Shown here piece by piece: positions 52,794 to 64,000 of a DNA stretch of 64,000 nucleotides. The stretch comes from Eledone cirrhosa (lineage: Eukaryota), in contig OZ024741.1 of assembly GCA_964016885.1 (NCBI GenBank), positions 71,858,001 to 71,922,000 of the forward strand, in the 5' to 3' direction. Under the pieces are notes generated by a model, which worked only from the letters and a program-made list of their open reading frames with translations, searched no databases and was not told where the DNA came from. Each line of letters starts with the position of its first letter. Position 1 is the first letter of the stretch. Position numbers and translations under genes: made by a program.

Positions 52794-54692
52794 GTGCAAC
52801 TAATCAGAGAGAGAATTGATCTAGATGAAATGCAGTTCGGGTTTGTGTCAGGCAAAAGTACCACAGACGCTCTTTTCATTGTACGACAACTACAGGAGAA
52901 GTACCTAGCTAAAAGTAAACCCCTATACTTAGCCTTTCTCGACTTGGAGAAAGCGTTCGACAGAGTCCCCCGTTCCATTATCTGGTGGGCTCTTAGAAAA
53001 CTAGGTGTTGATGAATGGCTTGTGAGAGCTATACAAGCCATGTATAAAGAAACAGTCAGCAAGGTTAGAATTAACAACGAATATAGTGAAGAGTTTACCG
53101 TAAAAGTTGGTGTTCATCAGGGCTCTGTTCTTAGCCCCCTACTATTTATTATTGCCCTACAGGCTATAACAGTGGAGTTCAAGACCGGCTGCCCATGGGA
53201 ACTCCTATACGCAGATGATCTAACGCTCATAACTGAATCAATGGCCGATCTAGAGAAGAAATTCCAAACATGGAAGCACGGCCTAGAATCAAAAGGCCTT
53301 AAAATTAACCTGGCTAAGACTAAAGTTCTAGTTTGTAGGAAAGAAAATAAGGCGGCGGTCCCTTCCGGGAAATGGCCATGCTCAGTGTGTAGGAAAGGCG
53401 TAGGTAGAAACTCCATTTTATGTCCCAAATGCAAAGTATGGGTGCATAAAAGATGTAGTGGGATCACAGGTAAGCTAACTAAGAACATAGATTTTACATG
53501 TGGCCGGTGCTCTGGTGCAATAAGTAGCAGCAAGTGCCCACAAAATACTAGCTCTTTCAATTGCGCAGAGGGTTCTATAGAAATAGTGGACAGCTTCCGT
53601 TACCTGGGTGACAAAATCAGCAGTGGGGGAGGGTGCTCTGAAAGTACAGTAGCTAGAGTCAGAACTGGATGGAAAAAGTTCAGAGAGCTTATACCACTAT
53701 TAGCCGCTAAAGGGTTCTCCCTAAAAATGAAAGGCAGGCTGTATGATGCCTGCATACGAACAGCAATGTTGCATGGCAGTGAGACCTGGGCATTGTGTGC
53801 AGAGGATATACGCAGACTAGAGAGGAACGAAGCTTGCATGCTCCGCTGGATGTGTAATAGTAATATACGCGAACGGCAAAGCATAAACGAACTAAGGGAA
53901 AAATTAGAAATAAGAGGGATCAGATGTTGTTTAGTCGAGAGAAGGCTATGTTGGTATGGTCACGTGATGCGCATGAAAGACGACAGCTGTATAAAAAAGT
54001 GCAGGGCAATAAAGATAGATGGTAGCCACGGAGTAGGCAGACCCAGAAAAACCTGGGATGACCTGATAAATTCCGACCTCACAAACTTACACCTCTCCAA
54101 GACAATGTCATTGGACCGAGATCTTTGGCGGTACTCAGTAATAGAGAAGACCCGCCTTACCTGAAATACAAAGTAAAACCTACTACAGTCAGTAGGCATC
54201 TCTAACAAAACACACCCCCGTCCCACCATCCCCACCCCATCCACACCGCCCCTTTCAATGTAAAGTTATGTTGGTGCCACAACATCCAGGCCGAAACAAA
54301 TGAGATCGTGTAGGTGTCACGACAAAAAAAAAAAAAATAAAAAAAAAACACAGTCCACGCTGTAATGTGGCCGTGTAGGCAACACGGTAAAAACCTCCCA
54401 GTCCCACACTGTAAATGTGGTTGGTGTTAGGAAGGGCATCCAGCTGTAGAAAACCCGCCAGACAGTCCACGCTGTAATGTGGCCGTGTAGGCAACACGGT
54501 AAAAACCTCCCAGCCCCACACTGTAAATGTGGTTGGTGTTAGGAAGGGCATCCAGCCGTAGAAAACCCGCCAGACAGTCCTATGCAAGCAAGACAACCAC
54601 TCTTGCCTCAAGTGGGAAAACTCCCGTCCAAACCCATGCAAGCGTGGAACATGGACGTTAAACGATGATGATGATGATGATGAGGATGATGA
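52792..54692 (+). mobile_element. RTE-clade LINE, 5'-truncated, open RT frame 52794-54164
   Basis: QFGF..GKSTTDA, FLDLEKAFDRVP, GVHQGSVLSPLLF, LLYADDL, Cys-rich insert, RL.WYGHV.RM...GRP. 3' UTR ends in (GAT)n, with (TA)n on both sides. Confidence 0.95.
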
Positions 54693-54709
54693 TATATATA
54701 TATATATAT

Positions 54710-55019
54710 GGAGGCACATGGCTTAGTGGTTAGAGCATTGGCCTTGCAATCGAAAGGTTGTGAGTTCAATTCTCAGACCGGGTGATGTGTTGTTTCCTTG
54801 AGCAAGACACTTTATTTCACATTGCTCCAGTTTACTCAGCTGTAGAAAAACTCAACTGCAAAGTGGTCGTGGAGGTGCCACGGCAAAAAATCACCCAGCA
54901 CTCACTGTAAATGAGGTTGGTGTTAGGAAGGGCATCCAGCTGTAGAAATCAAGCCAGAATCAGTTCCCGTCCCACCCTTGTAAGCAGGGAAAAGTGGACG
55001 TAAAATGAAATGATGATGA

Positions 55020-55023
<4 letters not shown>
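54710..55023 (+). mobile_element. Chimeric SINE: tRNA head, CORE-like domain, RTE-type 3' tail
   Basis: ggaggcacatggcttagtggttag...gagttcaattc...ccttgagcaagacactt..., then ggttggtgttaggaagggcatccagctgtagaaa...ggacgtaaaatga(tga)n. Confidence 0.78.
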
Positions 55024-55076
<53 letters not shown>

Positions 55077-55176
55077 CCATCATCAGATGTCCAGCTGTAT
55101 GTATATGTATATATGTGTGTGTGTGTGTGTGAGTAGTGTAAGTAAGTTGACTGAAGAGTTTAGTGAAAAAACTTAC

Positions 55177-55356
55177 TATTCCATCCCAGCATAATGGTCC
55201 ATGTTAACAGCAGCAGTAATGCCACAGATGATCAGTGGAACTCCCCAACCTAGCAGATAAAATCTCAGCATTGGTTTTGGTGGCAGTGGCATTATCAAAG
55301 GTTCTGGTGGAGGTGGTGGGGGCCGCTCAGCCTTGGCAAACTTTTTGAGCATGTTG
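55177..55356 (-). CDS. ADGRA-like adhesion GPCR, ICL2-TM4 exon
   Basis: ctttacAG/GTaagt, 180 nt. [59 protein letters not shown]. The PP.PMLRFYL....P.I.CGITAA motif is characteristic of GPR124/GPR125. Not in the ORF track. Confidence 0.93.
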
Positions 55357-55956
55357 CTGTAAAGAAAAATATGAAGAGGATATGAAACAACTAAATTGTT
55401 GACATCATTTACACTGACACCATTTTATGTCTACTTCCCATGGCAGCATGGTTTGGATGGGTTGTCATGGACCATGACTAGATGGGTTGGAGTTCCAAAA
55501 CCTAGCTCATAAATTCCATTGCACAGTTTTTACGACTGAATTCCCTTCCTAATTATACCAACCACTTTACAGACTGTACTGGGTGCACTTTATCATGGAA
55601 ACAACATTACCACACATATACAAACAATTTAATGTCCACTGGTATGGTTTTGAAGGGTTTTTATGGTCAGAGATCAGACAAGTTGAGGTACCTGATCTTG
55701 CACATATGTTCCATATTTTAGTATGGTTTCTACAGTTGGATGCCCATCTTGATGTCAACCACATTACTGACTCTACTGCAAGCATTTTATTGTGGAACTA
55801 GCATTACCACACACGCCTACACACACAAATACACAACATTTATGTCAGCTTTCCATGTGGGTATGGTTTCTACATCTGAAATGCCCTTCCTGACACTAAC
55901 CACTTTACATACACACACACAATGGAAGAGAGAAATATAAGGAGGTTGTCACTTAC

Positions 55957-56142
55957 TTGGAGGTGATGGTAATCCAAAAGATACAACAGAGGGAGCAGTA
56001 GTGAATACTGATGCCAACAATTTGACAAGCTCTCCTGTTGTCCACCCGATTGATACCCATGGTGAAGCCAATGACCAACAGTAATATACTGATGCTGATG
56101 TTGATTACAGAATGTTTCATCTTCTTTGGCACTCGGATAAAC
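55957..56142 (-). CDS. ADGRA-like adhesion GPCR, TM2-TM3 exon
   Basis: cttctAG/GTaagt, 186 nt. FIRVPKKMKHSVINISISILLLVIGFTMGINRVDNRRACQIVGISIHYCSLCCIFWITITS. Confidence 0.92.
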
Positions 56143-56324
56143 CTAGAAGTGAGTGAGAAAATCAAGGGGGGAAACTACTGTAAATTTACTTTTTCACAAT
56201 ACATGAAATACGTTTTAACAAATTATGAAGTGATTAAAAAAAAAAAAAAAGCAATTTAGAGCTTACACCTATGTAAGTTTAGCCTCCTCCTACGAGGTAG
56301 CACCTCATAGATTTCTTGGGTGTT

Positions 56325-56743
56325 TTAACCCTTTATTTTAATGAAATACACTGTACTTGAATTAATTACTGACAATTTTGGAGGTATTTACTAAAATCAT
56401 TAAATTATTCTTGGATTGGCAGTATTGGTAGAGGCTCGGATGCCATGCTTTCCAGCATAGTTACGTCCCTTTACGATCTGAGTTCAAATCCCGCCAAGGT
56501 TGACTTTGCCTTTCATCCTTACGGGGTCGATAGAATAAAGTACCAGTAATGCACTGGGTAATTGCCGGCCTTGTGCCTAAAGTAGAAACAATTAATTTTT
56601 CTATTATTAAAATATTCGTAACACAACAAAAGGTTCTTATATCAAATTATGTTGGAAAATTTTAATGTGAATAGAAACGCTTAAAGTATTTTGTTTTATT
56701 TTATGGAACCAAGGTTGGGGCAGGTTGGTATCAAAAGGGTTAA
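56325..56743. mobile_element. TTAA-flanked (piggyBac-like) MITE with a nested SINE at 56413-56593
   Basis: TTAA|CCCTTT...AAAGGG|TTAA. Related copies at about 40595-41020 (also with a SINE), 41344-41539, 47250-47478 and 1740-2043. Confidence 0.65.
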
Positions 56744-57874
56744 TGATAGGGGTCCCAGTCATATGAAAAGCAAAAAATGAAGCATCTTGCTCAAAGAGCA
56801 AAATGTGCTGTCTAGTCCAGGAGAATCAAATCTATGACTTCATCATCACAAGTTCAATACCCTTACCATTAGGCCATGCCTCTTCACATATTGGTCTTCC
56901 CATTGCTGATACTATTTGCCAGTCACAACTTCTAACATGAGCAACACTGTTTTTGTGGTGACAGGAGGCAGGATTTGAACTAACAACACACAGATCCAGA
57001 ACAGATAACACAAAGCAACTTGGCTAATGCCTTGACAATTCCATCAATCCCTCAATACTGGACTGATACTTTATCAACTCCCGGAAGGATGAAAGGTAAA
57101 GTTGACCATGACAGGATTTGAACACGGAGCACTGACAGCTGGAACAAACACCAAATGTTCTAAGAACTCTGCCAATTTGATGCTATTCTAATAGATTAAC
57201 CCCAAACAAGTTATGATGAAATAAACAAACACATACAGTTACATGCATATTCATTTAGTCTGGTTGTGTAATTAAACTACATAGTGGCTTTTACAGCAGC
57301 TTAATAACTATAAAACATGACCATACATATCAGGGAGAGTTGGCTACTATTTCTAGCAGCTCGAATGACCACCTAGAAGCTCATGCACACATACATAAAA
57401 CAGTAAGGTGTGGATTCTGTGTAACGATGAATCTCCCTGAGAATTTCATTAAAGGTATAAGTCTCTGTGGAATGCTCAGTCACTTACACATTAATTTCAT
57501 AAGTAGCCTGTTCTGAACAATTGAAACAATCATCAATGAAACTGATGGAGGTCCATTGAAGGTGTTAAGGGAGATTTGGCTACTATCTCTAGCAGATCAA
57601 GCGACTGCCCAGGGTCTTTCTTACTGTTTCATACATACGCATGTTCATACATTATAAGACAATAGAATAGGAATTGAAGATTTGGCTGCTATTTCTATCA
57701 GGTCGCACGACCTCCTAAAGATCCCTTTATTGGCTTATGGCAGAATTGAAGTATATTAGGTTGCTATTTTTAGCAGGATAAATGACTATGTAGTGGCTCT
57801 CCCTCTCTTGAGCTCATGTTGTGTGTAACGTGGAAAGTAGGTATAAGTTATAAGGTGTAGGTAGGTGATCTTAC

Positions 57875-57993
57875 CTGAAGCAAGTTGTGTATGTAATTAT
57901 TACAGCCATTGTACAAAGAACACAAACACAACTACCAAAATATATAACAGGTTCCATCATCACAAAGCCAGTCCTTAGTGCTGGGGTCAAATT
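57875..57993 (-). CDS. ADGRA-like adhesion GPCR, TM1 exon
   Basis: cattacAG/GTaaga, 119 nt, phase 0-2. NLTPALRTGFVMMEPVIYFGSCVCVLCTMAVIITYTTCF. Confidence 0.9.
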
Positions 57994-59150
57994 CTGTAAT
58001 GAGAGAAGAAGAAGAAGATATGTGTGAATATAACATGAACAGCAGAATAGTAGATCAGCACACTTAAGTAATGGCAGAATAAAGAAATTTAAGAACAATA
58101 GAATAGAATATATATATATATATATAACAGTTTTAAACTAGTAAGATCATTATACTCAATACTTGGGATAGTAGAGTATAAATATATTAGAGTGTCATTG
58201 TCTGATGACTGAGCTTTTGCCATTTCAACAGCAAATTCAAGACAGTATGTATGTATATATGACTGATAAATTAAAAAAAGCCAGTACAATGCAGTAGAAA
58301 CATAAACAAAATAAAGTAATGTTTAACCCAGTATATTTCAACATGATATTTCAGAGCTATTACCCTCTTTTCAAATGAGAAACAAAAACGGTTCAAATCA
58401 AAAACAAACGATCGATGTGTTTTTCCTTAATTGGTCTACATGTCTGAAATACACGTCTCACAATAATTCATATTAACTATACTACTTTATATATATATAA
58501 ATATATCAACATACATCATATGTGTAGCTCAAACATTTGAACTTACGAAGCGCTGAGAGAATAAAGTTTATAGAAATACACATATATATTTAGAAAACTA
58601 GTTATATTTTTGAATGACTTAGAATATGAAGAGTAGTGACTATGATGGTTTGTAAGAGACACCAAGAAAGGTGGAATGAAGTTAAACCTATACCAGAGAC
58701 CAGACCCAAACATTTGTGCTTATACAAATATGAGGATGCAACACGACAACAAATAAAAAGTTTGCCTTACAATTACAAGTGTCATTTACCATAGCCTGGA
58801 GTCAATTAGAGCTTATGAGTAGTCAGAAATTATGTGGAAGCCTGTTGATAGAGAGTACCTGCAAGGCAGTAGGCCAGCCTTATCACACACTGTGTCCTGC
58901 TGAATCTTCCTAGAATTATGCTGATGGTAGATATAGCTGCAGACTGTTGAATCACATCCACATTAATTTAATGAACAGGTTATCCCACTGATTGAGCAAC
59001 TAAAACAGTCTTTGTTAAAATTGATGGAGGTCCACTGCACACACACACACAGACAGAGAAAATAATTTTATTGGTGAACCAATCAGTCATAGAGGGGACA
59101 ATGACTGTAAGAGGTGTAGTGATGAAAAGCTGAAGTAACTTGTAACTTAC

Positions 59151-59254
59151 TTGTAAGAGAGCAAAGTTGGTAAGATGATAACAATGTACAATTGTGTGGT
59201 TCCTCTGGTGACCAACAATGTTACAACCATCTGTACGCCATTCACCCAAACCAT
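59151..59254 (-). CDS. ADGRA-like adhesion GPCR, GPS exon
   Basis: ttttacAG/GTaagt. GLGEWRTDGCNIVGHQRNHTIVHCYHLTNFALLQ is a GPS motif (W...GC...C.HL/TNFA.L). Confidence 0.93.
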
Positions 59255-60233
59255 CTGTAAAAGAGCAAATAGAAATCATTACATTAACTTCTATGATGGT
59301 ATGTCCACTGCTGATGATCAAATCAGCTTGAGAAAGGTTGTGCATATATATATATATATGCACAAGAAAAGCCTAAGAAAATATATATATGCCTGTGTAA
59401 ATAATTACATGCATACTTTTATTTTTTAAAATTAATTGAGTTCTTAACACGTGGAATTGATATTAGTTTTGAAATAACTAATTAACCCACGTATATTTAA
59501 TATTTTACTCTTAATTCGGCCAGAGATTTACATTCCCGATTGCCCTTTAAAGCGTAACTTTCCGTATTTACTACGGTTATGAAGTGTTGTTTGTTATTCG
59601 GGTACGACTTCTGTTTTTAGCCTATGAAAATATCTATATGCGTGTGTAATTAATACACGCATGCATTTAATTTCAATTGAGTTCTTAACACGTTGGATTG
59701 ATAATGTTTTTTGAAAAAACTAATTAACCCGCGTGAATATTATTTTTTCTTTTCTCGTGTATTGGTTGTCTCCCCTTCCCGCTTCGTGACGCTATAATAC
59801 TTCCTCAGTCAAAAACTGCTGGAATTTCAAATTTGGCAGTCATTCGATGCGTGAGGGAGCAGCTTAGCAGACACGATTTTTAACTGCGGTAAGAATTTTT
59901 TCTTATATCAAAGTTTAATGGGCTTCCACTGATGATTTATAAACGCCCACCTAAATATATTCTTAAATGAATATATGTTAGGCTTCTACATAAACTGGAA
60001 ACATTCTCCTAATTTGTAGAAAACTTATAATGAAACAATTGTTTGGAAAGAGAGATATATTTTAACTTTAATTATATCTCATAAAATAATACAACTGGCT
60101 TTCCACATAATACATATAGTTAGCACCCCAAACACTTAAATTGGGTTTATACTAACATATAACCTAATGTTTGTTGAGTGAGATGGTTACCAGTCAGAGT
60201 TTAGTTTTAAGCTATCTCTGTTATTGTATTAAA

Positions 60234-60262
<29 letters not shown>

Positions 60263-60264
<2 letters not shown>

Positions 60265-62456
60265 CATCATCATCACCGTTTTACGTCCGTTCTTCCACGC
60301 TAGCATGGGTTAGACGGGTTGTCCTGTTGTGGGCAGTGTCTGGTCGGCTGACCATGCCTTGCTCATACAGGAACTGATCTGGCTTGATTTCTACAGCTGG
60401 ATGCCCTTCCTAACACCAACCTCATTTACAGTGAGTGCTGGGTGCTTTTTCGTGGCGCCTACACGTCCACTTTACAGTGTGGGCTGGGTGCTTTTTTGCC
60501 GTGGCACCTCCACGACCACCTTGCGGTGGGGGGAGTGGGGGCATATTGTTTATATGCTTCAGCATGTACCCATGGGAGGTCGGGTACCCTGTATTACTGC
60601 GTGACGCCAGAAGTCACGGTCGTGTGTCATTGACTTTGAGAGGTGTAGTTGGGTAAGGTCGGCTTTTATCACCTCATCCCAAGTCATCTTGGGTCTCCCC
60701 ACTCCGCGGTTTCCATCAACTTCTAGTGCTCTGCACCTTTTTATGCAGCTGTCATCCTTCATACGCATCACATGTCCATACCAGCGTAACCGCCTCTCCT
60801 GCACGCAGCATTTGATTCCTCTTATGCTCAGTCTCTCTCTCAATTCCTTTATGCTTTGTCGTTCACGTATATTACTGTTACACATCCATCGGAGCATGCA
60901 GGCTTCGTTTCTCTCTAATCTACGTAAGTCTTCCACCTTCAGCGCCCAGGTCTCACTACCATGCAACATCGCTGTTCGGATACACGCATCATACAGTCTG
61001 CCTTTCATTCTGAGGGAGAAGCCTTTTGCAGCTAGCAGTGGTAGTAGTTCCCTAAACTTCTTCCATCCCGTTCTTACCCTAGTTATTGTACTTTCTGAGC
61101 ACCCACCTCCGTTGCTAATTCGGTCACCTAGGTAGCAGAAGCTGTCTACTGTTTCTACAGGGCCCTCCCAGAGATTGGTGGTACTTGTTTCCTGTGGCTG
61201 TTTGCTTGCTGTTTCAGCACAGCTGCTGCATGTGAATCCTACATTCTTAATTAAGCTTCCTGAGATCCCGCTACATCTCTTGTGTACCCATTGTTTGCAT
61301 TTGGGGCAGAGAATGGAGTTCCTACCTACACCTTTCCTACATACTGAGCAAGGCCATTTCCCTGAGGGGATCTGGGTTCTGTTTTCTCGTCTACTTATAA
61401 GGACCTTAGTCTTTGTCATGTTGACTTTGAGGCCCTTTCTCTCTAGTCCCTGCTTCCAGGTTTGGAATTTATTCTCTAGTTCTACCATAGATTCAGCTAT
61501 GAGTGCGAGGTCATCAGCATACAGGAGTTCCCATGGGCATCCGGTCTTAAACTCCTCCGTTATTGCCTGCAGGACTATGATGAACAGGAGAGGGCTAAGA
61601 ACAGAGCCCTGGTGGACCCCAACCTGTACGCTAAATTCCTCGCTATACTCATTGCCAATCCTAACTTTGCTGACTGCTCCCCTATACATGGCTTGTACAG
61701 CTTTCACAAGCCATTCATCTACTCTTAGTTTTCTAAGAGCCCACCAGATTACTGCACGTGGAACTCTGTCAAAGGCTTTCTCAAGGTCGACAAATGCCAA
61801 GTAGAGTGGCTTACTTTTAGCTAGGTACTTTTCCTGTAATTGCCTCACAAGGAAGAGGGCATCAGTGGTGCCTTTCCCTGGTACAAACCCAAATTGCATC
61901 TCGTCTATATTCACCCGGTCCCTAATCAGCTGTGCTATAACTCTTTCTGTTACTTTCATGACCTGGTCCATCAACTTTATACCTCTATAGTTTCCTCTAT
62001 CTAGTGCATCGCCTTTACCTTTGTAGCAGTTGACAATGATGCTACTGCACCAATCTTTTGGTATGGCCCCCTCTAGTATTACCTGGTTAACGATACGTGT
62101 GGTTATAGTGTGACCTACAGACCCAGATGCCTTCAGCATCTCGGCAGCTATACCCGATGGACCGGTTGCCTTCCCTATCTTCATATCTCTGATTGCCTTA
62201 CTTACTACGCTGCCGCTGACTTGTACTGCTGGTCCCTCTATAGGGTCTACGTGGGGTAGGGTCTCTTCTTCCCATGCATTCTCCTCATTTAGTAATCTAT
62301 CATAATGACTCTTCCATGCATCTTTCTTCCCAGCACTTGTGAGGGCAAGCTCACCTTTATCATTCCGGATACACTTCTCTCCAATGACATCACAACTATC
62401 TCTGACACACTGCCTCGCAATCTTGAATACCTCCTGTTTCTGGTCCTCACGTTGTA
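60263..62456 (-). mobile_element. RTE-clade LINE, 5'-truncated, open RT frame 62456-60559
   Basis: KGKGDALDRGNYRGIKLM, DLEKAFDRVP, QGSVLSP, YADD. Same 3' tail ending (GAT)n, embedded in (TA)n. Confidence 0.95.
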
Positions 62457-62498
62457 AGGACCAGAAACAGGAGGTATTCAAGATTGATATATATATTC

Positions 62499-62546
<48 letters not shown>

Positions 62547-62799
62547 TAATACAAAATGAAAATCAAGGTTACTATTCCAAATTCATCTTTAATTTCAACA
62601 ATTGTTTTTATAGAGATAAGTGCAGTATATATATCTATATCTATCTAGGGTGGGTCAAATTCCCGAAATCCATGGACGAGTTCTCTCCAACAGTGTCTGT
62701 CCTTGGAGAATCAATATATGTATGTATGTATGTATCATCATCATCATTATATATATATATATATATATCATTGTGGTTTTAACGCACACTTTTCCTGAT

Positions 62800-63174
62800 A
62801 TCATCATCATCATCATTTTACGTCCACTTTTCCTTGCTTGCAAGAGTGGGATGGGAACCGATTCTGGCTTGATTTCTACAGCTGGATGCCCTTCCTAACA
62901 CCGACCTCATTTACAGTGAGTGCTGGGTGCTTTTTTTCTGTGGCGCCTACACGTCCATTTTACAGTGTGGGCTGGGTGCTTTTTTGCCATGGCACCTCCA
63001 CAACCACTTTGCAGTGGAATGATAGGGATCCCAGTCCCTATCATCTCATTTCTACAACTGAGTAAACTGGAGCAACGTGAAATAATGTGTCTTGCTCAAG
63101 GAAACAACACATCACTCGGTCTGAGAATTGAACTCACAACCTTTCGATTGCAAGCCACTAAACCATGTGCCTCC
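62800..63174 (-). mobile_element. Chimeric SINE, sister of 54710-55023
   Basis: Reverse-complement similarity in head, core and RTE tail. Confidence 0.78.
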
Positions 63175-63534
63175 ATATATATATATATAAATATATGTGA
63201 GTATAAATGGAAGAAAAAAGCAATCAACAGAATGTGGAAGTTGAGAGTATTTATATTAACAGTTTGACTAAACTCTGCATTACCAGTAGTTTCCAGATGA
63301 GAACAGGTCTATCTCATCAAATACAATGGAGAAGAGAAAAAGAAAATGGGGAATAGTGTTTGTGAGCCATGCTGTGAAGGGCCTTTATTGGTTGGTTGAG
63401 ATCATGTCACTTGATGGTGTTGATAAGTCAGCAGAAACAAATGAATAGGCAAGTGCGGGGAAGTTTTTATCTCAATGGTGACATTAATTTCGATGGAATC
63501 CAAATATATGTTATATGAATTAGTAAGAACTTAC

Positions 63535-63642
63535 TATTGCTATAGAAGTCCCAATAAACAGCTTGTAATTTCTCCCGTTCTACAGAAGGAGCCGTGTGGA
63601 AGACCAAAACTGCAGGATCGGATAAATTTGTTATAGAATAAC
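63535..63642 (-). CDS. ADGRA-like adhesion GPCR, GAIN-domain exon (gene starts beyond window end)
   Basis: tatttcAG/GTaagt on minus, 108 nt, phase 1-1. YSITNLSDPAVLVFHTAPSVEREKLQAVYWDFYSN joins in frame to the GPS exon. Confidence 0.85.
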
Positions 63643-64000
63643 CTGAAATATAGCAGAATATAGAATTATCAACTATCCAGTTCTCACAGACTAGGAACCA
63701 AGGTTACTGACCGAGATTCTGCTAGCCACCGCAGTATAATATTTTATTCTCCTAACATGTTTCTACAAAGATAAAAAACAACAACATTGCGCCAGCTCCA
63801 TTATTCACACATATATAATAGACATTTATGTATCACAATTAGAACGTTGATGCAAGGATTAATGGTAAATTTTGTTTATATTTGAGTCCTTAGAAAAGGC
63901 AATAATGATCAAGGAAGCAATGTCCATAAAATGGTACATCCTTATAACTACAACAATGGCAAGATATAGTGGTAAGAAACTCTCAAGCGTGCTGGACAAC

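Noticed and set aside
60689-61804. Long plus-strand ORFs (148 and 209 aa), and similar ones at 53117-54244 and 49541-51561
   Set aside because: Antisense shadows of the RTE and GPCR coding frames.
63700-64000. Possible further GPCR exon
   Set aside because: No convincing splice-bounded frame with GAIN-like sequence was found, so it is treated as intron.

Overview
AT-rich, microsatellite-saturated animal genomic DNA; the repeat families suggest an octopod cephalopod (inference). Two convergent spliced genes are partly present. On + are the last five coding exons of an MGAT4-family GlcNAc-transferase IV (722-15046). On - are the last six coding exons of an ADGRA (GPR124/GPR125-like) adhesion GPCR (63642-49161), with a canonical GPS, 7TM, a very long low-complexity tail and a terminal ETSV motif. 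The rest is transposon-derived: RTE LINEs (two with open RT frames), a decayed Penelope-like element, two tRNA-derived SINE families, non-autonomous Helitrons and TTAA-flanked MITEs. The most striking feature not explained by the ORF track is a dense, sequence-diverse set of type I hammerhead ribozyme (HHR) motifs. About 8 have an intact core and all three stems, and about 9 are variant or partial. They sit in short non-coding cassettes in or beside (TA)n tracts, often as fold-back palindromes. One is a 312-bp tandem monomer, resembling Penelope pLTR or retrozyme-like RNA elements. All folds were derived by eye and none is experimentally tested.
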